Shown here: positions 8,918-17,156 of the stretch, piece after piece
How positions within the stretch are numbered: position 1 is the first letter of the stretch
How the letters are laid out: each line of letters starts with the position of its first letter
DNA from: Sulfobacillus thermotolerans
GTDB taxonomy: Bacteria > Bacillota > Sulfobacillia > Sulfobacillales > Sulfobacillaceae
Length of the DNA: 24,000 nt
Direction: 5' to 3'
Assembly: GCA_002951815.1 (NCBI GenBank)
Contig: CP019454.1
Coordinates: 3,087,837-3,111,836, forward strand
Program-made: the position numbers and the translations under genes
Notes under the pieces: model-generated
What the model saw: only the letters and a program-made list of their open reading frames with translations
What the model was told of the DNA's origin: nothing
Databases searched by the model: none

Positions 8918-9427
8918 GTCGCCTCTGTTGGCAAGCAAGATTCGACGAACCATCCGGTGCCATATTTTGTATGATGGAGAACAGCCATCATTCACCGTTT
9001 GTTAAAGCGCTGGAGCAATGTGATTTCGGTGGACTTTGACAGCGCAGGGAAGAAACAACTAAGGGTCATAATTTGGAGGCAACGCGGATAAGGCTACATT
9101 ACAGTCAATGGCTGTATCCCAACGGGTTGTCGGCTGGCAAGTCTGTACTGTTTGCGCAAACCCAGTGCCTTCGCGTTGATGGGGGCTCCACCCGGTCAAG
9201 CCAACAGCGTGGTATACCCGTCGTCTTGGTCAACCCGCTGGGCAGGACACAAGACCCTGCGTTTAAGAACGTCCCCCCTTGTCATGCTGGACGATTCGAG
9301 CAAGACCTTGCAAACTTGTTGAGACCGTTCACCGAGAGCGGACAGCCGAGAGTTCCCATGGTTTCACAAAAAGAACGAGTAGAAGCGAATTGATACAAAA
9401 CACTAAGGTAGGAGGCCTTGATCTAGC

Positions 9428-10495
9428 ATGTCCTTACATACAGGCGCCGTTTCCAAGCATCGTTCAGCTCCTTGGCCAGTATGGCCCGTCATCATCTTTG
9501 TCATCCTCGGCGTAAGTCTCGTCTATATCGCCAAATGGAACCCCTACTACCACAAAGTCTTCAGCGTGGCGACTCATCACACACTGGGTGCCAGCGTTAT
9601 CACGGGGTCAGCGCCCTTTGCTCCCGCCCCTTCATGGCATGCGGCATGGGATTATACATGGAGCTATTTTAAAGATATTTGGATCGCGCTCATTGCCGGC
9701 CTGGTCATTGGATCAGGAGTTGATGCGTTATTGCCCCCGGATTGGCTAGCCGTTACCTTAGGCCGAATCAGCTGGAAAAGTCGCACCTTAGCAGGACTCG
9801 CTGCCATTCCCTCAATGATGTGCACCTGCTGTTCCGCTCCCATTGTGGTCAATTTAAAAAGACAAAAAGTTTCGACCGGGGCTGTCCTGGCCTATTGGAT
9901 CGGAAACCCCATCCTCAATCCTGCCACCATTATTTTTATGGGGTTTGTCCTGGGCTGGAACTGGGCTCTTTTGCGCATAGGGCTCGGTATCGTCTTAGTG
10001 GCGCTTGTTGCAAAGCTGGGCGATATGTGGCAGCCGGCAGGCTTAGATGAAACCACCTTGCCGGTCCCTCAACGCCCTTCTGACAGCCCCCTCCATATCG
10101 TGACCCGCTTTATTCACTCCTTGTGGAAACTCATGACACGGCTCTTGCCGGAATATATTGTGCTCGTCATGGCCTTGGGTGCTGCGCGTGCCTGGCTGTT
10201 TCCTGCCATGACCGCAAATCTCTCGCACGCCTGGTGGCTATGGATCCTCTATGCCATCGTCGGCACGCTATTTGTCATTCCTACCGCAGGAGAAGTTCCC
10301 ATTGTCAGTGTGCTCATGCGTTATGGTTTAGGCGTCGGCCCCGCTGCGGTACTGATGATAACCTTACCGGCCATCAGTCTCCCCTCCATGGCCATGGTGA
10401 GCACGGCGCTACCCAAGTCCTTATTGGCGAAACTGGCCGCTACCGTTGCCATATTTGGCCTTATTACCGGTCTTATTGGCCATTTTCTCCTATAA
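9428..10495 (+). CDS. DUF318/ArsP-type permease
   Basis: 355 aa, polytopic. The cysteine-cluster motif IPSMMCTCCSAPIVV is followed by GAVLAYWIGNPILNP, as in the predicted-permease (ArsP-like) family. SD AGGTAGGAGG lies upstream. Confidence 0.75.
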   Translation: MSLHTGAVSKHRSAPWPVWPVIIFVILGVSLVYIAKWNPYYHKVFSVATHHTLGASVITGSAPFAPAPSWHAAWDYTWSYFKDIWIALIAGLVIGSGVDALLPPDWLAVTLGRISWKSRTLAGLAAIPSMMCTCCSAPIVVNLKRQKVSTGAVLAYWIGNPILNPATIIFMGFVLGWNWALLRIGLGIVLVALVAKLGDMWQPAGLDETTLPVPQRPSDSPLHIVTRFIHSLWKLMTRLLPEYIVLVMALGAARAWLFPAMTANLSHAWWLWILYAIVGTLFVIPTAGEVPIVSVLMRYGLGVGPAAVLMITLPAISLPSMAMVSTALPKSLLAKLAATVAIFGLITGLIGHFLL

Positions 10496-10521
10496 TGGCA
10501 TGACTTTTGTAAAACATGCTA

Positions 10522-10556
10522 GGTCAAAAGCCGGCCAAGCCGGCTTTTGACCTTTT
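10522..10556 (+). terminator. Rho-independent terminator
   Basis: 14-bp perfect stem GGTCAAAAGCCGGC / GCCGGCTTTTGACC followed by TTTT. Confidence 0.85.
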
Positions 10557-10693
10557 GTCATAGACAAATTCCTAGAAATCATACAATGGCTCTAGTCGCA
10601 GTCGTGGTGGGTGATTGCATTAGCGTAAAACAAGGGTAAACTTATTATCAAGGAGACAGTTCAGGGTGGTATGACACACGAGAAGGAGGGGCT

Positions 10694-11452
10694 ATGCGGC
10701 CGTTATATTGGATCGTCGCATTAGGATTTGGCCTTCTGACGATTAATGCCAATCCGGTCATTAGCTGGCCTGGGCTCAGCCCCCAGTCTGATCCTGTCTC
10801 GATTCCAGCACCTCAACCCTTCTCGTTGCAACCGCCCTCACAAGGCGAGCCCTTGGAAATGAGCCGGAACTGGGCCGGATATGTCAATTCCAGCGCCACC
10901 TACACCGCTGTTCAGGCCACGTGGCGTGTTCCAACCCTTATCTCCAATGGCTCATTAGCCATCTGGGTCGGTGTCGGCGGCGCCCCTCAAAGGCGGTTGC
11001 TGCAAGCTGGCACATTGACGAAAAAGACCGCTTACGGTACCAAAACCATATTGTGGATTGAAGGATTACCGCAACCATTAAAACCCATTGCCCGCAATTT
11101 GCCAGACGGCGCGCCAGTGCATATTGCCATTACCCATGTCAAAGCGGCTCGGTGGAATTTGACACTGCAAGCGGGCAACTACCGGCAAATTTTTCATGTC
11201 CGCTATCCACTCACCGCGAAGAGTGCCGAGTGGATCGTCGAAGACCCTCTGATTAATAATAAGTTCGCCCACTTTCCCACCTTCCATCCTATCGAGCTGT
11301 TCTACGCTAAAGCCCAAACAAGCACGGGTGTGACCGTCACCGCCAAACAATCCATGCCCATCGATTTGCGCATTCATGGCGCCATTGATGCCGCTCCCAT
11401 TTTAGTCAGCAACACCACGTTTGCGGTGAGCCTGCCCGCCTTTCGTCCCTAG
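10694..11452 (+). CDS. Peptidase family G1 (eqolisin / scytalidoglutamic-type glutamic peptidase), secreted
   Basis: 252 aa with an N-terminal signal or anchor. The ordered G1 hallmarks are present: SRNWAGY, TWRVPT, IWVGVGG, LLQAGT (candidate catalytic Gln, codon 11003-11005) and AEWIVEDP (candidate catalytic Glu, codon 11228-11230). Confidence 0.8.
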   Translation: MRPLYWIVALGFGLLTINANPVISWPGLSPQSDPVSIPAPQPFSLQPPSQGEPLEMSRNWAGYVNSSATYTAVQATWRVPTLISNGSLAIWVGVGGAPQRRLLQAGTLTKKTAYGTKTILWIEGLPQPLKPIARNLPDGAPVHIAITHVKAARWNLTLQAGNYRQIFHVRYPLTAKSAEWIVEDPLINNKFAHFPTFHPIELFYAKAQTSTGVTVTAKQSMPIDLRIHGAIDAAPILVSNTTFAVSLPAFRP

Positions 11453-11579
11453 CCCGGCTCCCTTACCCGCGGCTGCGGCATCCATCTTTACCCCCGTATG
11501 TACCGTCTTAAAACCAGCAACCGAACGGTCCCTCACGAGACCGCCCGGCGCTTAGAATAGATGAGACTCTAAGAAATCC

Positions 11580-14500
11580 TTAGACCGTCAACGCGGTATC
11601 GACCCCATCAAAATACACCATGAACGTTCCCGCATCGGTCGCCGTATAGGGGACGGTAAAGGTTTGACTACCTGTCGAGGCACTGGTCACCGCCGTATAC
11701 ACCGCCCCGGGGGCGAGATTCCCGACCGTATCAAGATCACTAGAAGGCACGATGACCACCGATTGCCCAGAGGATACACCCGTTCCGTCGTTCACTGTCA
11801 CTACAAGGCTACTACCCGATACCGCTGCAACGACGGTGGGCGATGACGGGGTTAAAAGCGTCACGGGTCGAATTTGAGACGGACGCTGGTAGTTGTCGGT
11901 GACGGCCGTGGTGATGCCCGCTTGTGTCAGTGCATTGACACTCACCGCAATCACATCCCCTGAGGGAAGTTCGGGATTTTGGCCCGACAATGTCAACACC
12001 ACTTGAGACCCGTTCACCTGCGCTGACGCTATCTGATATTGTACGTTGGTGGTCAGATCTGTCACCGTAAACTGAGACCCGTTGGGTAGCACAGAATCTG
12101 GATTCAGAGTTCGCGAGAAGCTGACGGTCAATTGGTTAGGCAGATTATCGGCGCTCAAGCTGAGCGATACGGGGGTTAGGGTAGTGGGAACCGGCGGCTG
12201 TGTCCATGTCACATGGCTGATCAGCCACTGGGAACTTCCGACCATTTGTGCCATAACCGTATCGCTTTCTCCAAGACTGCCCGAGGACAATCCGACTTGG
12301 GCGAAACCACTGGCGTTTGTCGTGGCTTGGGAGTTCGTAAGGACCGCTGTTTGTTGACCGGATACAGAAAATGCAATCGGAACGTTAGTCTCAGGGCTGC
12401 CATTTGGACCCAGCACTTGCACCGTCAGGTCTGCGGTTTGCCCAACCGCCGCCAATGCTAAGGGAGTTGGTGCCCATTTAAGCACCGGTGCATCATTGGA
12501 CGTTTGCCACTGAACAGGAATGGTCAAGTGCGCATAGGCCGATGTGGGCCCTTGACCCACGTCGGGCCCGCCATCAATCCATATGGCCTCTGGCAATGCG
12601 GAATCTACCGCCAGCGTGATGGCTTGCGACCCCGGTTGCGAAGAGGCATCTTCAAAGGTAGCCTGCCCCTGGGCATTTGAGATCACATCCACCTTATTCA
12701 GCGTCCCTGTCCCCGTTCCCGTGATGGAGATCTCCATTCCCTCTAATGGCATCTGACCGGCCAATAAAGTCATCCCGAACTGCGTGGAGCCTGGTGTCAA
12801 CGTCACCAAAGGCGCTTGAGTAAAAGCATTAGACACATCTAAATTCTGGCCTCCTTGGGGTGTATAAATTAAGCTGACAGGAAGCCACTGCACCATAACG
12901 GTAGGGGAAGGGGCCATCTTTTGATCACTGACCATGGTCTCAAATCCTTGACTAAACGCCGACACAATGGCTTTGACATTCCCCGCTCCGGTCAATACCA
13001 CAGACGCCGTGCCGTTAGCACCTGTCTCGCTTTGTTTCGTCAAGACCTGAACGCCGGCCCCACTAATTTGCCATGTCACAGGCGTACCCGCGGCCACCAG
13101 ATTACCATTGTCATCCGTAACAGTCGCGGTGACTTGCACCGTTTGTCCCGCCAAAGCATTCCCCCACGGTTCACTTGCTGCTTGTGAGGTGGGAACAAAT
13201 GATACGGCCGTATATAATCCCGGCAAAGGAAAGGCCACGCCAGGAATTTGCGGTACTCCGTAGAGTTCGGCAATTCCTGATTGCCGCGCCCTCACACTTC
13301 CCGAAGGGTCCCATGTCAGCTGAGGTGCCGCCAGCGCTTCAGAAGGCGTCACAGGGATGACGCTTTGACCTGATATCAGGATATTTTGGCCTTGTCCATT
13401 GTTTTGCGATGGAATCCAATAGGCCGCGGTAACCGCGCCTCCGCCAAGCGCTTCAACGACGCCGTCTCCCACTTCGGGATATACCGGCACTGCGGCTTGA
13501 TACGTGGTGCCTTCTTGATATTGCGTTCCTAAATCAGCTGCGGCCTGACTTGCACTTAAAGGGCTAAAAGCGGTGAAACTAATCGGATTCGCCGTCCACG
13601 TCACGTCGCTCGCCGGAACCCGAAGACTTGTGACACTTTGGGCAAGGGGATAATAGGTCACAAACTGCACCCCCACCCCTGTAGCTTGTACACTCGTCAC
13701 GGTCGACGGCGCGGTAAGCGTAAACGTTAATTGGCCGCCATCAGACTGAGCCGGAAGTTGCACACCAAAATTATTGGCGGCTAAGGGCCCCGTCAACACC
13801 CGCACGTAAGGAGTGGAACCATCTTGAGGTGTGTACGTGACCGTTAAGGCACTACCCGCTGACAACCCTAAACTTGAAATGTTTACGCTAGCGCTCGAAA
13901 AAGCTTGCGGTACTACAATAGGCACAGAATGCCATACAGTATCGGCTCCATAAGAACCCGATGTTTGGTTCACCGCAATGGTCTGTGGCGCGGTCGAGGT
14001 TTGTGGCAGCAAAAATTGCGCAGAAAGCATCGGCTCAAGGGGCACGCCGGTGTTCTGGCTCACCGCATAGGCTTGCGTTTGCATCGATGTCCCAAGCCGT
14101 TGGCTCGTCATGACGGAGCCCGTCGCAGATCCGATGGTGGTTCCAGTCTCATTCAGCGCTGCGAAAAGGACTTGCCCTTGAACGGGCTGCAAGGCGGGGG
14201 CCGATGGCACTGAGACTTGATAACCGACGGCGGTCACAGCAGAGGCGTCTAAGGCTAGGGCTGAGGAAGAATTGTCGTTGGGATTGGTCACTGTCATTGT
14301 TGTGGTGGCAATGCCCTGGGCATTGGTGACAGCATTGCCATTTAATCCTTGGGGAAAGGTCACATGGTCGGCTGGATTCGAATCATTCGTCGCCGTAAAC
14401 ACCACCGGAACATCCGCCAATGGTTGACCATCAGCTCCTGTCACCACCGCTTGCACTTGGGCCGTTTGCCCCAAGAGCAGGGCATTAGGATTACTTAGCA

Positions 14501-15224
14501 CTGATAAAGGATTCATGAGCGAGGTCGTCAGGGAATCCGCTGCCACGGTCTTTGGTGCAGCGGTAAACGTATGGGTCTGACTCCACACGGCATCTTGATT
14601 GGTATTAGGCGCTGCCGGATCCTTAGCATAAGCAATGATATGATACGTGCCTGCTTCCGGCGGCGTGTAGGTAAAAGAATGGTTGCTTTGATATCCGCCA
14701 CTCGCCGTCCATTGCCCTTGGGGATTTTCCACCCAAAATTGGTAAACCGGTGAAATGAGGTTGCGTGCTTGAGCTACGACTGTCATTCCCTGATTTTGCG
14801 TAGCGGTCGATTCCACACTGAGATGCACCGCACTCCCGACATTCACAATGGCCGTCGCCACCGATGCTTGATCCCATAAGCCCGAATGGACAGAAGAGGC
14901 ACTAAGCGCGTAGACCGCCACCACATAGCTTCCATCTGCGAGAGCCAATTGAAACCTCGGATTGGGGGAATAATTGCGCGCCATGGACCAACCTTTCTGG
15001 GTTTGGACCCAAAATTGATAGTCGGCCGATTCCCCAGTGGCGACTGCCTGAAACGTCACGGTGTGGCCAGCTTGTGCTGTTCCATAGCGGTTCAGTGAGA
15101 GCTGTGTGAGATTTTGTGGCGCGGAGGAAGCCTGCACTACAGAGGTATTGAGAACAGAGGCCGCGAGTCCCGCCACGAAGAGACTCCGACCCAAACGTTT
15201 GCTGAACAGAGATAAAACCTCCAT
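11580..15224 (-). CDS. Large secreted surface protein (1214 aa): 2 N-terminal YQFW-type (triple-tyrosine-like) repeats plus several Big_1-like Ig domains
   Basis: The signal peptide ends at VVQA/SS. Two tandem repeats of about 100 aa carry YQFWVQTQKGW and YQFWVENPQGQW. There are at least three invasin-like units (GQTAQVQAVVTGADGQPLADVPVVF, GQTVQVTATVTDDNGNLVAAGTPVTW, GQTADLTVQVLGPNGSPETNVPIAF). No SLH, LPXTG or PEP-CTERM-like anchor is seen. No SD precedes the ATG. Confidence 0.85.
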   Translation of the reverse strand: MEVLSLFSKRLGRSLFVAGLAASVLNTSVVQASSAPQNLTQLSLNRYGTAQAGHTVTFQAVATGESADYQFWVQTQKGWSMARNYSPNPRFQLALADGSYVVAVYALSASSVHSGLWDQASVATAIVNVGSAVHLSVESTATQNQGMTVVAQARNLISPVYQFWVENPQGQWTASGGYQSNHSFTYTPPEAGTYHIIAYAKDPAAPNTNQDAVWSQTHTFTAAPKTVAADSLTTSLMNPLSVLSNPNALLLGQTAQVQAVVTGADGQPLADVPVVFTATNDSNPADHVTFPQGLNGNAVTNAQGIATTTMTVTNPNDNSSSALALDASAVTAVGYQVSVPSAPALQPVQGQVLFAALNETGTTIGSATGSVMTSQRLGTSMQTQAYAVSQNTGVPLEPMLSAQFLLPQTSTAPQTIAVNQTSGSYGADTVWHSVPIVVPQAFSSASVNISSLGLSAGSALTVTYTPQDGSTPYVRVLTGPLAANNFGVQLPAQSDGGQLTFTLTAPSTVTSVQATGVGVQFVTYYPLAQSVTSLRVPASDVTWTANPISFTAFSPLSASQAAADLGTQYQEGTTYQAAVPVYPEVGDGVVEALGGGAVTAAYWIPSQNNGQGQNILISGQSVIPVTPSEALAAPQLTWDPSGSVRARQSGIAELYGVPQIPGVAFPLPGLYTAVSFVPTSQAASEPWGNALAGQTVQVTATVTDDNGNLVAAGTPVTWQISGAGVQVLTKQSETGANGTASVVLTGAGNVKAIVSAFSQGFETMVSDQKMAPSPTVMVQWLPVSLIYTPQGGQNLDVSNAFTQAPLVTLTPGSTQFGMTLLAGQMPLEGMEISITGTGTGTLNKVDVISNAQGQATFEDASSQPGSQAITLAVDSALPEAIWIDGGPDVGQGPTSAYAHLTIPVQWQTSNDAPVLKWAPTPLALAAVGQTADLTVQVLGPNGSPETNVPIAFSVSGQQTAVLTNSQATTNASGFAQVGLSSGSLGESDTVMAQMVGSSQWLISHVTWTQPPVPTTLTPVSLSLSADNLPNQLTVSFSRTLNPDSVLPNGSQFTVTDLTTNVQYQIASAQVNGSQVVLTLSGQNPELPSGDVIAVSVNALTQAGITTAVTDNYQRPSQIRPVTLLTPSSPTVVAAVSGSSLVVTVNDGTGVSSGQSVVIVPSSDLDTVGNLAPGAVYTAVTSASTGSQTFTVPYTATDAGTFMVYFDGVDTALTV

Positions 15225-15252
15225 TTCTATTTATTCAAACACTGTATTACAA

Positions 15253-15278
15253 TCGACACTATTCGACATAGTTCGACA
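15253..15278. repeat. Three direct TCGACA repeats with exact 10-bp phasing; candidate transcription-factor array
   Basis: aaTCGACActatTCGACAtagtTCGACAcatt, with hexamers at 15253-58, 15263-68 and 15273-78. It lies 29-54 nt upstream of the giant gene start, in the divergent intergenic region. A TGTATTACA palindrome abuts it at 15243-15251. Confidence 0.45.
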
Positions 15279-15500
15279 CATTCCTCTATTTCACGAAGGA
15301 CATTTTAGTGGGGTGTACAACCCTCGTAAGACAAGCTGATACCCCTTGGACGAATCGAGACACTGCTTGAGACAACATTCGCTACTGTCCTAGGGCCTAT
15401 GGACTTCTATAGTAAGGGCGTCATCATGCCCTCTTTATAAACAGAGGCCATGGTGATCGGTAATCGGCACGGGTTTCAATAAGAAGGGAACGATGAAGCA

Positions 15501-15950
15501 ATGACTTCACCACTATGGCGTTTGTCTGGCGTCTTGGGCATCGCAGCCACCATGGTTTTGGCACTTGGCAGCATGACCATGGCAGCAAGTAACTCAAACT
15601 CTACGCAAGAAGGCTATGTTAGCATTACCAATGTTAAGGGCAACACAGCAACGGCGACATGGTACTGGTCTGGATTAACAGACGGAGAATATGTGGCCGT
15701 GGAAGCGATCTACAATGGCACCACCACGCCACTACCAGCGTCTGACGGAACAGTCACAACAGCAGGTACTTACTCGACCACTGTGACGCTCCCTCCAGGT
15801 GATACATCGTGGTCGAACACGACCATTGAAATGGCTGAAGCAAACTTTGCCGAGGGGCAACTACCCGAAGTTCCGTGGGCTGCAGGCCTTCCGTTGATTT
15901 TAGTGTTGCCATGGGCCGTTTCGGCATGGCGTCGTCGTATTCCGGGGTAA
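15501..15950 (+). CDS. Small secreted T/S/N-rich protein with PEP-CTERM-like C-terminal sorting signal (LPEVP, hydrophobic helix, RRR)
   Basis: 149 aa. The signal peptide is LALGSMTMA/AS. The C-terminus LPEVPWAAGLPLILVLPWAVSAWRRRIPG (nt 15861-15947) has the tripartite motif, TM helix and basic-cluster layout of exosortase substrates. Confidence 0.7.
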   Translation: MTSPLWRLSGVLGIAATMVLALGSMTMAASNSNSTQEGYVSITNVKGNTATATWYWSGLTDGEYVAVEAIYNGTTTPLPASDGTVTTAGTYSTTVTLPPGDTSWSNTTIEMAEANFAEGQLPEVPWAAGLPLILVLPWAVSAWRRRIPG

Positions 15951-15962
15951 CTTTTCGTGATT

Positions 15963-16010
15963 TTGGCATCTTTGCTCGCCGTCATGCGCAGCTGCGGGCA
16001 AAGATGCCAA
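15963..16010 (+). terminator. Long hairpin after the cargo gene (possible terminator or attenuator)
   Basis: 13-bp perfect arms TTGGCATCTTTGC / GCAAAGATGCCAA. The 22-nt loop contains the palindrome CGCAGCTGCG. The downstream TATAATTGTTG is only moderately U-rich. Confidence 0.35.
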
Positions 16011-16173
16011 TATAATTGTTGTAGCAATAAACCCTTTGAGACGGCATCTGCGACCCCCATTAGCACTGTTTTTGGCACGAACTACCGCTATGCTTACTCA
16101 ATAACACGGTAACCTGCGTTGGGCCCGAAAGAGGGCACCATGGTTCTCACGAGATACAAGGAGGCGTGCACCA

Positions 16174-16899
16174 ATGCCCAACCATTCCAACACCGATTCG
16201 TATTACGATCAAGCCTTGAAACTGATGGCCCAAGGTGCCTCTATTGACGACATGATTACCACGTTAAATACTTCACGAGGCGAAATTTATCATACCGTGC
16301 GTGTCATTTTTACGGATATGCTGCGCCGCTATGGGGCGATTGCTGCAGCGACCTCATCCGTACCTGAGATTGCGGAATGGGACGCCTTAACCGGGGCGCT
16401 GACGCGCCGCACCGGAGAAATTGCGTTGCTGCAGATGTTACAAAAAACCCAGGAGGACCAGCCATTTTCGATTATTTTTCTCGATCTCGATAACTTAAAA
16501 CAAATGAATGATGCCTATGGTCACAAGGCTGGTGACCATCTGCTCTGTCAACTGGTGCACGTGGTCCTATCCAATATTCGGCGCTCAGACCAGTTAATCC
16601 GCTGGGCCGGGGATGAATTTATCCTGATATTGCCACATACGCCCAAAGCTATCGCGTGTGAAACGCTCAAACGCTTGCGCCGTGCCGATCCCACGCTTCA
16701 ATTTTCGGCCGGGGTAGCCCAGTGGGAACCCGGTGACTCCTTGTCCTCTCTCATCGACCGTGCTGACCGTGCCATGTATCAAGACAAGCGTCAGCGCAAG
16801 ACACAAACGTCCTCGTCTTCAAAGCAGATCCGTCATTTCGTTCGGGAACACCGGGCCATTAAACCTCCCCTTAAGGTTCGCAGCCTTTCTGATTCTTAA
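16174..16899 (+). CDS. GGDEF-domain diguanylate cyclase (AGDEF variant, intact RxxD I-site)
   Basis: 241 aa with SD AAGGAGG. The domain reads DALTGALTRR...FLDLDNLKQMNDAYGHKAGD...RRSDQLIRWAGDEF. The I-site RRSD is at 16579-16590 and AGDEF at 16606-16620. The 75-aa N-terminal region is uncharacterised and possibly HTH-like. Confidence 0.85.
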   Translation: MPNHSNTDSYYDQALKLMAQGASIDDMITTLNTSRGEIYHTVRVIFTDMLRRYGAIAAATSSVPEIAEWDALTGALTRRTGEIALLQMLQKTQEDQPFSIIFLDLDNLKQMNDAYGHKAGDHLLCQLVHVVLSNIRRSDQLIRWAGDEFILILPHTPKAIACETLKRLRRADPTLQFSAGVAQWEPGDSLSSLIDRADRAMYQDKRQRKTQTSSSSKQIRHFVREHRAIKPPLKVRSLSDS

Positions 16900-17042
16900 G
16901 GGACTGAGACATGATTTGAGACGCCTATCGGCACTGTCAAAGGCTATTAAATCACGATATTTTTTACACATTGAATGATTCCGTCGAGCCTTGTGGAAAG
17001 ACTCCTATCTCGATAGATGACCTTAGAAAGGGATGAAAGCCA

Positions 17043-17156
17043 ATGCCTTCACCGACCGTCCTTCGTTTCAGCGCTGCCCTAGAAATGGTTACGGATTACC
17101 CTAGGTCTTTTACGCGGTTAGAAAGCGCCGCGTGGTTCAGTCATGACGAAAAATAG
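17043..17156 (+). CDS. Possible 37-aa upstream micro-ORF overlapping the exosortase start by 14 nt
   Basis: ATG at 17043 is preceded by AAAGGGA. The product is MPSPTVLRFSAALEMVTDYPRSFTRLESAAWFSHDEK. The exosortase ATG itself lacks an SD, so translational coupling is conceivable. There is no other support. Confidence 0.2.
   Translation: MPSPTVLRFSAALEMVTDYPRSFTRLESAAWFSHDEK

Noticed and set aside
8719-9039. ORFs 8719..8991 (-), 8728..9039 (+) and 8786..8974 (+)
   Set aside because: They span a strong terminator hairpin and overlap the better-supported zinc-ribbon sORF.
8925-9260. Fragments resembling tmRNA (GATTCGACG), a T-box (GTGGTATACCCG) and a ZTP riboswitch (CCCGCTGGGCA) in the permease leader
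   Set aside because: Each is an isolated short match. The other conserved elements of those RNAs (tmRNA acceptor end, T-box specifier/AGAGA, ZTP P1-P2 core) are not present nearby.
9073-9515. ORFs 9073..9393 and 9279..9515 (+)
   Set aside because: Their starts are TTG or weak with no SD. They have many rare codons (ATA, AGG, AGA, CGA), and the second overlaps the permease start. They are reported only as part of the unexplained-leader finding.
11664-15098. About a dozen 60-100 aa ORFs on both strands inside 11580..15224
   Set aside because: All are embedded in the 1214-aa ORF, which has a signal peptide and repeated Ig-like domains. They are typical shadow ORFs.
15754-16078. ORFs 15754..15969 and 15770..16078 (-), and a 42-aa Cys-rich + strand ORF from 15984
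   Set aside because: The minus-strand ORFs are antisense to the cargo gene and run through the long hairpin. The Cys-rich sORF has no SD and starts inside the hairpin loop.
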